From a virus (lineage: Duplodnaviria > Caudoviricetes): a DNA stretch of 52,875 bases. The translations under genes were made by a program, and so were the position numbers. Numbering within the stretch: position 1 is the first letter of the stretch; each line of letters begins with the position of its first letter. Below, one piece after another: positions 19,401-28,900 of this stretch. The notes under the pieces are model-generated. The model worked only from the letters and a program-made list of their open reading frames with translations. It was not told the origin of the DNA and searched no databases. Location: positions 1 to 52,875 of the IMG/VR virus record IMGVR_UViG_3300023174_000226. One strand, 5' to 3'.

Positions 19401-22400
19401 GCTGGATTTGGAAACCTTAATCCAGAAGAAAAAGCGGCATACATGGCTATGCAGCAAAGACTTCAAGCAGGTATGGGTGTTGACTGGGGTAAATATCAAG
19501 CAATGCATTCTGCAGTAACTCCAAAGAAGTATGCTCTTGGTGGTATTGTTGGATATGATGGCGGAACCAATAACGTTAAGCATGAATCTGACTACACTCC
19601 ACAAGAAATTTATGAGTTGCTAAAAATTCAAGAAACTCATGCTTATGGCGAAATGAATATCAATGACCCAAAGGTTCAAGAACAACTAAAAAGAGTCTTT
19701 GCAGAATCTACTCCAGAAGACTTTAATAAGTTTAAAGTTCTTAGCAATCTTACTATAAGTTTGCCAGGTAAGTTGAATCAATTAATTAAAGAAACTAATA
19801 CTGGTGTAAGTGGACCAATATTTAGTCAAGCCTATAATGCTTTGCGTGGTAAATTAAGTAAAACTGCAAAAATGTCTGGTGTTAAAAATATGTCAGATGC
19901 TCAAATCCTTGAAGATATTATTGGAACAAGGTTTGCAGGAGAGTCATTAATTAAAGATTCAATATTTGCAGGAATAGTAGAGCAAACTATTAATGAGCAA
20001 ACTGCCAATACATCTGGTATTGGTGGTGCAGCAAATCTAATTTGGGAAAGAACAAAACAAGTTGGTACAGTTCGTCCTAAACGTGATGGTTTAGATGCAC
20101 CTAAATGGAATGATTTGATTCGAACAATGTTGCAAAATGATGAACTTGTTTTAGTTGCAGGAACCGATAAGGGATTCCCAGTTGCCCAAACTCCTTTTGG
20201 TGGTCGTTTTGGAAGAATTAAAGCAGATGGTATTGGTTCAAGTAAAACTGCCGAAGGACGTGCCCTTCGTAAATTAGCACAAGATGCAGCAAATGCTTGG
20301 GCTAGGGCAGGAAACAAATCAGCACCTTTACCTATTGTACAAGATAATAATGGAAATATGGTTCCACTAACTTGGAGAGACAATAGTGCAAAGCCAGGAA
20401 GTTTTTCAACAGATGATTTTCCTGCATATGATGATACAAGTAAAAAATATGCATCAGACTTATCTTTTGCCCCTGGAGGATTTGATGTTCTTAAAAATCT
20501 TAAATTCTTTGCTAAAGGTGGTGTTGTTCCTGGATATTCTGGAGGAACTTCAGGTGCAGTTCCAGCACCTCAAGAATTTTTACTTGCAAAACTTGGACAA
20601 TATCGTTCTCAAGTAGTTGGTTCAGATACTTATTCAAATGCCGCTGGCACAGCAACATATAGGGACAAGTCACTAGAAACATATGAGTCAGTTATTAGAC
20701 TTCATAGAGATGGACAATATACTGAAGCATATAAGAAAGCAATGAACCTATTTGAGTATCTTGCTTCTGTAGATGAAAAACGTGTAGTTCATCCAGGACT
20801 ACAAAAAACTGGTCTAAAAATGGAACAAGTTTATCCAGACCTATATTCATATGAAGATGCTATTGCTGCTTTTAAAAAGGGTGGCGGAATAGAAAAGGGT
20901 ATTGAGTGGGAGGAAACAGAGCCTATTCAACTTTCTAACGGTGGAATTATTCCTGGGTATGCTAAGGGAAGTTTTGGTATTCCTGGTATGGGACAAAAGA
21001 AGTCTTCATATTCTGATGCAGAACTAAAACACAACATTTTACTTGAACTAGTTGATTTAAAGAAACAAGGATTATCAGATGATGCAGTTATTCAATCAAT
21101 CAAATCTAATCCACAATTTGCTCTTGCATTAGCACAATCCAAAGAGGCTAGTTCTAACGGAAGAGAAAGACTAAATACAGCATCTATGGATAGGCTGATG
21201 CGTTTGAGAAGCGATGAGGCTCTTGATAATCAGATTGCTAGAAGTGCAGAGTATTTAGAACAACAGTCATTTGGGTATAAAGCAAAAAAGATAGCAAAGG
21301 CTGCCCCAGGCAAAATTGCAAATACTGCAAAGGGTGTAGCGTATGGTGCTGGAGCGTTGACAATGGCTGTTGGTTCAGCAATAGGTAAGACTGCAGCAAC
21401 TAACCCAGCAGGATTTAAGGCTATGACTAGTGGTTTAGGACAACTTGCAAAAATGGTTTTGGCAATGTTTGGACTTCATCTAAATAAGGGTGGAGTAATT
21501 CCAGGATATGCTAATGGTGTATTCTCAGTTCCAGGACCAAAGGGTGCTGGTGATGTAGTTCCTGCAATGCTGTCTCCTGGTGAGGCTGTTATTCCTGCTA
21601 ATCGTGCTGCTCAACACCGTGGACTAATTAAAGGAATGATTGCTGGTAATTTGCCAGGGTATGCAAAGGGAACTATAATTCCAGGATACGTTGATGGCAA
21701 AGATGAAGTTAAAAGAATACCAGGAATGCCAGCATCCGCAGTTACCGTTACTTCTTTCGATGCTGATAGTCAGGCTATGCTTGCAGAACAATCAAAAGTT
21801 GTTGCTTTAGAAGAAGCCTTAGTTGCAAAAAAGAAAGAAATAACTCGTTTAAGTCGTGAACAAATTGAAGAACAGATGGCTACTGAGGATAAGTCTTATA
21901 GAGAACTTATAGATAAACGAAGAGAATTTGCTGCAAAACTTGCTATGACTGATGAAGAAAGATTAAAGCAGCAGGAAAATGAAAAACGAATTCTTGAAAA
22001 AGAAGAAGTTTGGATGAATAAAAAGAATGTAGAAGAAAAGAAACAATCTGGTCTTTCTAAACTATTTACTAGAAGTAAGTTTACTGGAAAAGTTCAAGGT
22101 GCTATGTATGGTGCTACTGCTGCTGTTGGGGCAGTATCTGCTATGGGTGGTCCAATTGGTGAGGCTGCAGGTGCAGCACTTCCTGCTATTGGTGCAATGA
22201 CAGGTGCTATGTCTATGATTCCTGGTCCTGCTGGTATGGTTGTTGGTGGGTTAATGGCGGTAGCAACAATTTCAGCACAAGTAGATGCACATTTTAAAAA
22301 AATTAGAGAAGAATCCTATAACTTAGCACAGTCTATGGGTGCTGGCAATAAGGCAATTATGAAGTTTGCAGAATTTGCAAAAAAGGTTAGTGCTACTGAA

Positions 22401-25097
22401 ATAGTGGATAAACAAAGAGCAGAATCCTCTGGTCAATTTTTTAATATTGTTGCAGGTAAAAAAACATTTGGTCAATCTTTTATGGAGGGGGAATCTGGAA
22501 AAGGTATTTTAGAAAGTGTAAATGCATCGATAAAAAATGGTGGTACAGGAAAAGCATTAGAGCAAATGGCTCAACAACTATCTTCTGCAGTAGTTTCTGG
22601 AGTATTAACATCTGCACAAGCAAAGAGTGTTGCAGAAGCATTAGGTGCTAGATTAAAAAATCTTAATTTTGGAATAAAAGTTTCTGCAAGAATTAATGCT
22701 TTATTTGGTCCAAAAGGTGAAAATTTAGAAAAAGACCCAGTAAATACTAGAATTAATTTTACTAAAGGAATTGTTTCTGATTTTGTAAAAAATACTGAAC
22801 AAGGGGAATTTAAAAGTCAAGTTGTAGACGATACTTACATGGGAATAAAAGGAACAATGGTTCAATTAGTTCGCCGCAGTGCTGAAGAAAAAACAGCAAT
22901 AGGCGGTATGCTTGCAGCACAATATGAACAAATACCTCAAATTCAACAACAAGCATTAGATTCATTAGATTTACTTTATCAAAAAAGAATATCTGATGCA
23001 GAAGCAGCAGGAAAAACAGCAGAAGCAATTAGATTACAAAATGAATTTTTAGTACAACAACAAAAACTTTTAGAAAGAAATACTGCTCAAAGTTATCTTT
23101 CGTATGCCAAATTGGCAAAATTAAAAAAAGATAGTCCAGATGTCTATGACGCAGCAAAGAAAGCATCAGAAGAAGGATTTACAAAACATTTTGAAGGAAC
23201 TGGTAGAGAGGCAGAGGCTGTTATAGCAAAGAGTGCTATCGATAATCTTGGACCTGGAGCAACCGATACTCAAAGAATAACAATGAGGTCTGCAGTTACA
23301 TCCGACCAATTAGGTCTTGCTCAAGCAACAGATTTATCTAATATTTTAGGTCATACTGCTGAAGGTAATAAAAAAATTAGAGAAATGCTATTGGCAAGTC
23401 CAGTTATGGCAAATAGGGCAGCAACTTTTGCTGGAAATCTAAAAGATGAAGCAACTCAATATAAATTTTTAATGTCCATGGAAACAAAAGACCCTGCCAA
23501 AGCGGAAGCAACTTTGGATGCATTAGAATTATTTCAAAAAACAACTGGAATTTATGCAGACTCTGGGGATACAAAAATGGTAGAAATGATGTTAACTTTT
23601 GCTACAAATAATGAAGGTATCTTAAGTCAAATAAATACAGATATGAATGAGTTAGAAACTAATAAAGTAATTACAATTGATTTGATTGAGAAGTATGTTG
23701 GTGCAGATGTTGCTGGTTCAATGGGAGGTCAAAAAAGTTTTAACCTTTTGAACTATAAAACTAAAAATGAAAGAATGACATTTACTACAGAATATACAAC
23801 ATTGTATAGAATGTATGCTGCTGGAGATACAGCACTATTGGCAAGGGTTAATACTTGGCTTGCTAAACCAGAAAATAAAGGTAAGACACAGGCTGACTAT
23901 TTTGCTACTCAGGCAGATTTAACTGTTCAAACTAGAACAGCAGATTTCGCCTTTGACCCTAATGCTAGTAATGATGATAATAGTAATCAAAAAGAATCTT
24001 CTTGGTTAGACCAGTATGTTAAAACTGCTAGAGATGCTGGTAAAGCAACACAAGCATTAACAACTGGTTTTGCAGATTCTGGTGCTGCACTTAAAAAGTT
24101 TGGAGCAGCAGCACCTAAACTTAATGGTTTGTTTACACAACTAAAAGCAGCAGGTGCAAGCAATGATATTATTCAGGCTGCTCTTGGTGGAGATGAAGCA
24201 ACAACTAAAGCACTTATCGATACTAAAACTGGAAAACTTAAAGCAGGTGCCAAGCAAATTTTGGCAGGTATAAATAAAGCCATTCTACAACAAAAAGAAA
24301 TTGACTGGCTAGGACTTAATGCTGCAGAAAGAAAACAAAAATATAATGATATGTATAGTGCAGACCTCGAAGTACTCAAGATTTCTGAAGATGAAATTAA
24401 TAAACGTTATGACGATAGAATTAAAGCACTTGATACAATCAATACTCTTAATGAAAGAAATTCTGCACAACAACAAAGTACTTTAACCCTTGCTGATGCT
24501 TTGGCTAAAGGTGACATTGCTGCTGCTGCTCGTGCTGCACTAGATAAAAGAAAGCAAGACACTTCATTTGCTTTAGAGGACCAAAAGAAAAACCTTGAAC
24601 TTGCTAGAACATTAGAACTTTCAAAACTTGTTGTTGACATTAATGGTGTTCAAATGACTAGGGCTGAGGTAGAAGAAAAAATTAGAATCAATGCGGAAGC
24701 AATTACTAAGGCTAAAGCAGCAGAGTTAGAACTTGGTATTCGTATTGGTCAACTTGCAGAAAGAGAATATAGTGCAGTTGTAAATCCAGTTAAAAAGGCT
24801 ACTGGTGGATTGATTATGCCAAAGGGATATGCCTATGGTGGCGGTATTTATGGAACTGACACAGTACCTGCTATGCTTACCCCAGGAGAATTTGTGGTAA
24901 AGAAGTCATCAGTAGACGCTATTGGAATAGATAAACTTAATACTATAAACTCTGGAAACATGCCATCTGATTCAGTGTATAATTATAGTATCAATGTTAA
25001 TGTGGCATCAGGTGCTGACGCTAATGACATTGCTAAGGCAGTTATGACACAGATTAGACAGATAGAATCCCAGAGGGTTAGGAGCAATACTTACTAA
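16476..25097 (+). CDS. Tape measure protein with internal cargo cassettes
   Basis: 2873 aa; TP901-like core (DFLNAVENQT, EGGINASEGANAIKSGL), hydrophobic segments, C-terminal DTVPAMLTPGEFV. Confidence 0.93.
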   Translation: MADINSNIKVNIDTSDALAQLKLLQQQISAFQQAMRNAGAQNASAAAAMQQNLITSINATGKFRANVQTIKTSAESFTESLEKNKFSIGEYFRYAGGASKTFGKLFKSEYATITQVAKERVKELQTQYIKLGRDATGAMKAIAVKPLSLDMTNLATKTQIAAQKQQLFNQLMTQGSTSLLNFGKNTQWAGRQLMVGFTIPLTMMGSAAAKAYMQIEQASVKFRRVYGDMNTTTEEANKMVKSVQSLANEFTKYGVAVADTMDMAAQAAAMGKTGADLIAQINNAAKLSILGGVDQTKALETTISLTNAFGVAAEDLGKNIDFLNAVENQTTLSIDDLTTAIPKAAPVVKQLGGDVKDLAFFMTAMKEGGINASEGANAIKSGLASLINPSEKASKFLQGFGINVKGIVEADKGNLKKTVVDFAKALDTLDPLNRARAIEQMFGKFQFSRLSTLFQNVIAEGSQASQVAELSKNSAEELAILSEREMKKISDSPMFKFQKSMQDMQAKLAPVGEAFLKAVTPIIEFVSKILDGFNNLGEGTKNFVSMLVLAVAGIGPVLLMTFGLIANGVANIMKLFTNMKGFINKTTKPSDILGEQTSYMTTEQLKGAAVAASLDQAHAKLRQTFTSEKAALDELTRSYRQAVEAQQQYSGVPGIPTGNPNAVPKRYANGVSMVPGPRGAGDIIPALLSPGEAVIPAKHAQKYAPVIAGMVAGNLPGFEDGTTGVGMRQSTIGPLTQKQTEGMLRTGKSLKEISDEVYAGPYGAVPPEHYVRQIEPTSGHSFPAFQVGGIYEKADGTKVFVKPQVDLVSAMAEVRGTQIARDAHQLITPQQKIVTMMDPTDPEGKRKFIALESQLNEQIANISTSFTKQQYIKQLVASLLRGDKDLGIGNLGGDILADVGTAGVFQTASGKRKLGGSINSMEEQAIINLLGVKGGAKRFFAESTAEIAKSMTPAEYDAAMKAEIQSVMPRLQTTIAGFGNLNPEEKAAYMAMQQRLQAGMGVDWGKYQAMHSAVTPKKYALGGIVGYDGGTNNVKHESDYTPQEIYELLKIQETHAYGEMNINDPKVQEQLKRVFAESTPEDFNKFKVLSNLTISLPGKLNQLIKETNTGVSGPIFSQAYNALRGKLSKTAKMSGVKNMSDAQILEDIIGTRFAGESLIKDSIFAGIVEQTINEQTANTSGIGGAANLIWERTKQVGTVRPKRDGLDAPKWNDLIRTMLQNDELVLVAGTDKGFPVAQTPFGGRFGRIKADGIGSSKTAEGRALRKLAQDAANAWARAGNKSAPLPIVQDNNGNMVPLTWRDNSAKPGSFSTDDFPAYDDTSKKYASDLSFAPGGFDVLKNLKFFAKGGVVPGYSGGTSGAVPAPQEFLLAKLGQYRSQVVGSDTYSNAAGTATYRDKSLETYESVIRLHRDGQYTEAYKKAMNLFEYLASVDEKRVVHPGLQKTGLKMEQVYPDLYSYEDAIAAFKKGGGIEKGIEWEETEPIQLSNGGIIPGYAKGSFGIPGMGQKKSSYSDAELKHNILLELVDLKKQGLSDDAVIQSIKSNPQFALALAQSKEASSNGRERLNTASMDRLMRLRSDEALDNQIARSAEYLEQQSFGYKAKKIAKAAPGKIANTAKGVAYGAGALTMAVGSAIGKTAATNPAGFKAMTSGLGQLAKMVLAMFGLHLNKGGVIPGYANGVFSVPGPKGAGDVVPAMLSPGEAVIPANRAAQHRGLIKGMIAGNLPGYAKGTIIPGYVDGKDEVKRIPGMPASAVTVTSFDADSQAMLAEQSKVVALEEALVAKKKEITRLSREQIEEQMATEDKSYRELIDKRREFAAKLAMTDEERLKQQENEKRILEKEEVWMNKKNVEEKKQSGLSKLFTRSKFTGKVQGAMYGATAAVGAVSAMGGPIGEAAGAALPAIGAMTGAMSMIPGPAGMVVGGLMAVATISAQVDAHFKKIREESYNLAQSMGAGNKAIMKFAEFAKKVSATEIVDKQRAESSGQFFNIVAGKKTFGQSFMEGESGKGILESVNASIKNGGTGKALEQMAQQLSSAVVSGVLTSAQAKSVAEALGARLKNLNFGIKVSARINALFGPKGENLEKDPVNTRINFTKGIVSDFVKNTEQGEFKSQVVDDTYMGIKGTMVQLVRRSAEEKTAIGGMLAAQYEQIPQIQQQALDSLDLLYQKRISDAEAAGKTAEAIRLQNEFLVQQQKLLERNTAQSYLSYAKLAKLKKDSPDVYDAAKKASEEGFTKHFEGTGREAEAVIAKSAIDNLGPGATDTQRITMRSAVTSDQLGLAQATDLSNILGHTAEGNKKIREMLLASPVMANRAATFAGNLKDEATQYKFLMSMETKDPAKAEATLDALELFQKTTGIYADSGDTKMVEMMLTFATNNEGILSQINTDMNELETNKVITIDLIEKYVGADVAGSMGGQKSFNLLNYKTKNERMTFTTEYTTLYRMYAAGDTALLARVNTWLAKPENKGKTQADYFATQADLTVQTRTADFAFDPNASNDDNSNQKESSWLDQYVKTARDAGKATQALTTGFADSGAALKKFGAAAPKLNGLFTQLKAAGASNDIIQAALGGDEATTKALIDTKTGKLKAGAKQILAGINKAILQQKEIDWLGLNAAERKQKYNDMYSADLEVLKISEDEINKRYDDRIKALDTINTLNERNSAQQQSTLTLADALAKGDIAAAARAALDKRKQDTSFALEDQKKNLELARTLELSKLVVDINGVQMTRAEVEEKIRINAEAITKAKAAELELGIRIGQLAEREYSAVVNPVKKATGGLIMPKGYAYGGGIYGTDTVPAMLTPGEFVVKKSSVDAIGIDKLNTINSGNMPSDSVYNYSINVNVASGADANDIAKAVMTQIRQIESQRVRSNTY
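18474..18638 (+). repeat. 55-aa internal repeat, copy 1
   Basis: YANGVSMVPGPRGAGDIIPALLSPGEAVIPA...AGNLPGFEDG; 36/55 identical to copy 2 by hand count. Confidence 0.9.
21507..21671 (+). repeat. 55-aa internal repeat, copy 2
   Basis: YANGVFSVPGPKGAGDVVPAMLSPGEAVIPA...AGNLPGYAKG. Confidence 0.9.
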
Positions 25098-25981
25098 TGA
25101 CAACATCAGCGTATCTTTCAGGTAGAAAAAAATATAGCAGACCACAAGCAATGATGTGGGCTGATAGTGCTCCTACCATTGCCGCTAGTTCAATTTATGC
25201 AGGTATTTCAACAACAGCAAATATTACTAGTGCACAAAATACCATGACTATTTCTACTGGTAATGCTGCATTACTCAAAGTTGGTTATGCTATTACACAA
25301 AGTTCTGGTACAGGGGCATTTGGTTTAACTACGCCAATTATTACTGCTATTAATATAGGAACTGGACAGATTACCCTTTCAGTTAATCACGCTACTTCTG
25401 GAACAATGACGTTTTATGCAGGTCTTCCCATCTATCTTCCATCTGGCGAAGAGATTGGTGCATCAGCAAGTGGAGATAACTTTCTCATTCTCTCTGACCA
25501 TAACAGAAAAGAACTAAGTTTTAAAAATACTCGTATTGAAAAACGTGAACGTATGATTAATGGTCGAATGAGGTCATACCACATTGCTGACAAGATATCT
25601 TTATCTATTTCTTGGGATATGCTTCCTTCACGTTCATTTAGCACTGACCCATTGTTCAATAGTTCTGGAGTGTCAGCATTTTCACAGCAATCACCAAACC
25701 TAACAGACACCGCATATACTGTTGATGGTGGTGCAGGTGGAGTTGATATTGTTAAATGGTATGAAGACCACAAAGACCCTTTCTATGTTTATTTACAGTA
25801 TGACAGATATGATAATTTTGCTTTAGCAGGAAGTGCAGAATCAGCAGCAGACTATGATAGAATTAAAGAATACAATGAAGTAATCTTAATGTATGTTTCT
25901 GATTTTAGTTATAGCGTTCAAAAACGAGGCGGAAGTAATTACGACTTTTGGAATATTTCCTGTAGCCTGGAAGAGGTTTAA
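25097..25981 (+). CDS. Putative distal tail protein
   Basis: First gene after the tape measure; RERMINGRMRSYHIADK..SISWDMLP, WNISCSLEEV. Confidence 0.65.
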   Translation: MTTSAYLSGRKKYSRPQAMMWADSAPTIAASSIYAGISTTANITSAQNTMTISTGNAALLKVGYAITQSSGTGAFGLTTPIITAINIGTGQITLSVNHATSGTMTFYAGLPIYLPSGEEIGASASGDNFLILSDHNRKELSFKNTRIEKRERMINGRMRSYHIADKISLSISWDMLPSRSFSTDPLFNSSGVSAFSQQSPNLTDTAYTVDGGAGGVDIVKWYEDHKDPFYVYLQYDRYDNFALAGSAESAADYDRIKEYNEVILMYVSDFSYSVQKRGGSNYDFWNISCSLEEV

Positions 25982-28900
25982 ATGTACAATAACGCTACAT
26001 TAAAAACGTATTTAGAGCAGAACTCAACAATCAAGTCACAATCGGTTGTGCTTGCTGAATGGAATATGAATTATGCAGAAAACATTGATAAGTATGGTAA
26101 TTATAAAAATAGACCTGCAGTTCCAGCAGCAGCCTCTGGTTCATATGTAAATGAAACTTCTGCAACCGTTACGCCAACTTGGTATGGATTTACTGACTCT
26201 AGCGTTGTTTCTTCTGGTGGAATATATAATGCAACAAGTGCTCCATATACTTTTGTAAACAAAAATGAAAAAGAAGAATTGCTTTATTCTTTGGTTGATT
26301 GTTTTGGTAAGTTTAGACCTCGTTCTGGAATTAATAAGTTAAGATATTTTAATAGTTATTATACTCATAATTCAAATTCATCAATGGCTAAAAGACCAAG
26401 GTTTTATATATCATCTAAAAATGATAAGTTTAAATATTGGACATCATGCAGAATCGATACTGATGGAACTATGCGTGGTGTTGCAAAGACTCTTAAAACT
26501 GGAACAGAATATTACATAGATGATGCAGCCCCATTTGTAAAATACACAAATGTTGTGCCAGCAAATAGGTTAGTTGTTAAAATGCAAACTGTTGTTGGTG
26601 AGGTAAATAATGGGGCATACAAAAATAAATCTGGTACATCTCTAACTGACCCATTTTATGAAAACCCAAGCATTACTCTTAATACTAATTTGGCTAACCA
26701 ACGCACCCCACTTTCTTGGAGAATTGAATACTTAGATAGTTCAAATAACTGGCAAACAGCAAAATCTTTTACTACTTCTACCAGAGTAATTAATGCAGAT
26801 GGCTATGTAGAACTTGCATATGGATTACATATTGGTGGAGTTCCAATTGTTCAAGATGCTACATATGGAAGTATATTTACATACTTTGGTGAACTTGTTT
26901 CTTCTGCAATGCTTCCATTATCAGCAACTAATGGAGATGGGTATTTGGTGCCAGCCAGCGGTTCGGCTGGAACGCTATATATTTGGAATGCTGGTATTTG
27001 GAATAGTTTTACCCCAACATATGACTGGTTTTTAAATTCTGAAACACTTGTAACCAACACTCCGAGGGTAACGGATATGACATTGCCACCATCATACACA
27101 ATCAGTTCAGTTACACACTATAGAGAATTCCAATATATCAAAGGCATAAGAGTTGTTGTAGACACAGTAAATAAAAAAGATACAACATTTGATTTAATTG
27201 AAATGTCTCCTAGACTAGTTGTAGACCTAACAGATAAAACAACAGACTATAGTGTAAAAAAAGTAGCATCAGATATTGGTAATACTGGAATACCTGTTGG
27301 ACAACTATTAGCATCAACAGGAACATTGAATCTATTTGACTATGATGAGGCATTTAATTATCAGAATACAGATAGCATTATCTATAATACTATATCTCAA
27401 AACATACAAATTAAGTTCTATGAATCAATTATTGATGCAAACGGTGTAGATTATCACGTTCCTCTTAAAACCATGTATGTTGAAGGATTTCCACAAACTA
27501 ACAGTGAAGATAGAAAGATTTCTTTAACGTTAAGAGATTTATATTTTTATTTTGAAACAAGCATGGCACCACAATTATTGTTAAAAAATGTTTCATTAAG
27601 TGCGGCAGTATCTATACTATTAGACTCAATTGGTTTTTCTAATTATTATTTTAAAAGAATAGACGGAGAAAACGATGATGTTATTCCATATTTCTTTGTT
27701 GCACCAGACACAAACGTAGCACAGGTTTTAAATGATTTAGCAGATTCAACACAGACAGCAATGTTCTTTGACGAATATAACAACCTTATTTGTATGAGCA
27801 AAGACTATATGATGCCAAAAACAACAGAGCGTTCAGTTGACCTTACCCTTTATGGCTCTGTAGATAGTGCTCAGAGTGGACCACTTAAAAATAGTATAAC
27901 ATCATCAAATCTTAGTAACATTATGGGTATAAGTTCTGAAAGCAACATGGTTTATAATGGTGGCAAGATATCTTATACAACAAGATATATTCAAAAATCT
28001 TATGGAACACTTCGTGAGGCTGCTTTAGTTAACCGTGACCAGGTTTGGAAATATAAACCAGTATTGCTTTGGGAAGTTGCAGGAACCGAGGCTTTGCGTT
28101 CTGTAAATGATGAGGTAGCAAATCAATCTAGTTATTCTCTTAGTGCTGTTACTTTAAATTCAGACCTTATTGGAAGTCCTCCAACAGTAAACAGTAGCAA
28201 TGTAATAATTAATAATGTCATGGACTTTGGACCATCAGTTTATTGGATTAGCAGATACAAAGGATACTTTTATGCAAATGGAGAAATTATTAAATATGAT
28301 GCAGTTCAATACAATGTAAGTGCAATTGGGGATGTCTGGATATCTAGCGTACAAGATTATCAATACTATTTTTCTAAGTTACCTTTTGGTGGAAAAATGT
28401 TTCCAACAGGAAATGTAAGAATTTATTGCGAACCATCTTACGAGGTTGATGGAATTACACCAACTATTGGAGAAGTTCTTAAGCATGGTCGTGCACAATT
28501 TGGAACAAAAATTGTAAAACATACCGCAGGTTTTGCAAGTGATAGTCATTGGACAAACTCAGCAAATGTTTATAATATGAGAATGGAAGACCAATATATA
28601 TTTAGTAATCCATATCAAAAAACAGAATATAAAGTTTCTCCAAATTCAACTCATTCAAGTGGAGATACAACATTTGTTTTAGCCCAAAATACAACAGGTT
28701 TACAGGCAGGATATTATGTTTCTGGAACAAATGTTCCTAGTGGAACAAAAATTAAAACAGTTACACATTCTTCAAGAACAATAGAATTGACTGCAGCAAT
28801 TACTGGTACTATAACAGCAAGCACAACATTGACAATATCTGATTTAAGTTTAGCAGGGGTTGAGGCTGGAAGTGCAGGAGTTATAGGTAGTACTTACAAT

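Noticed and set aside
24975-24983. GTGTATAAT internal promoter at the TMP 3' end
   Set aside because: No -35 or properly placed TG; explainable by the codons for VYN in AT-rich DNA.
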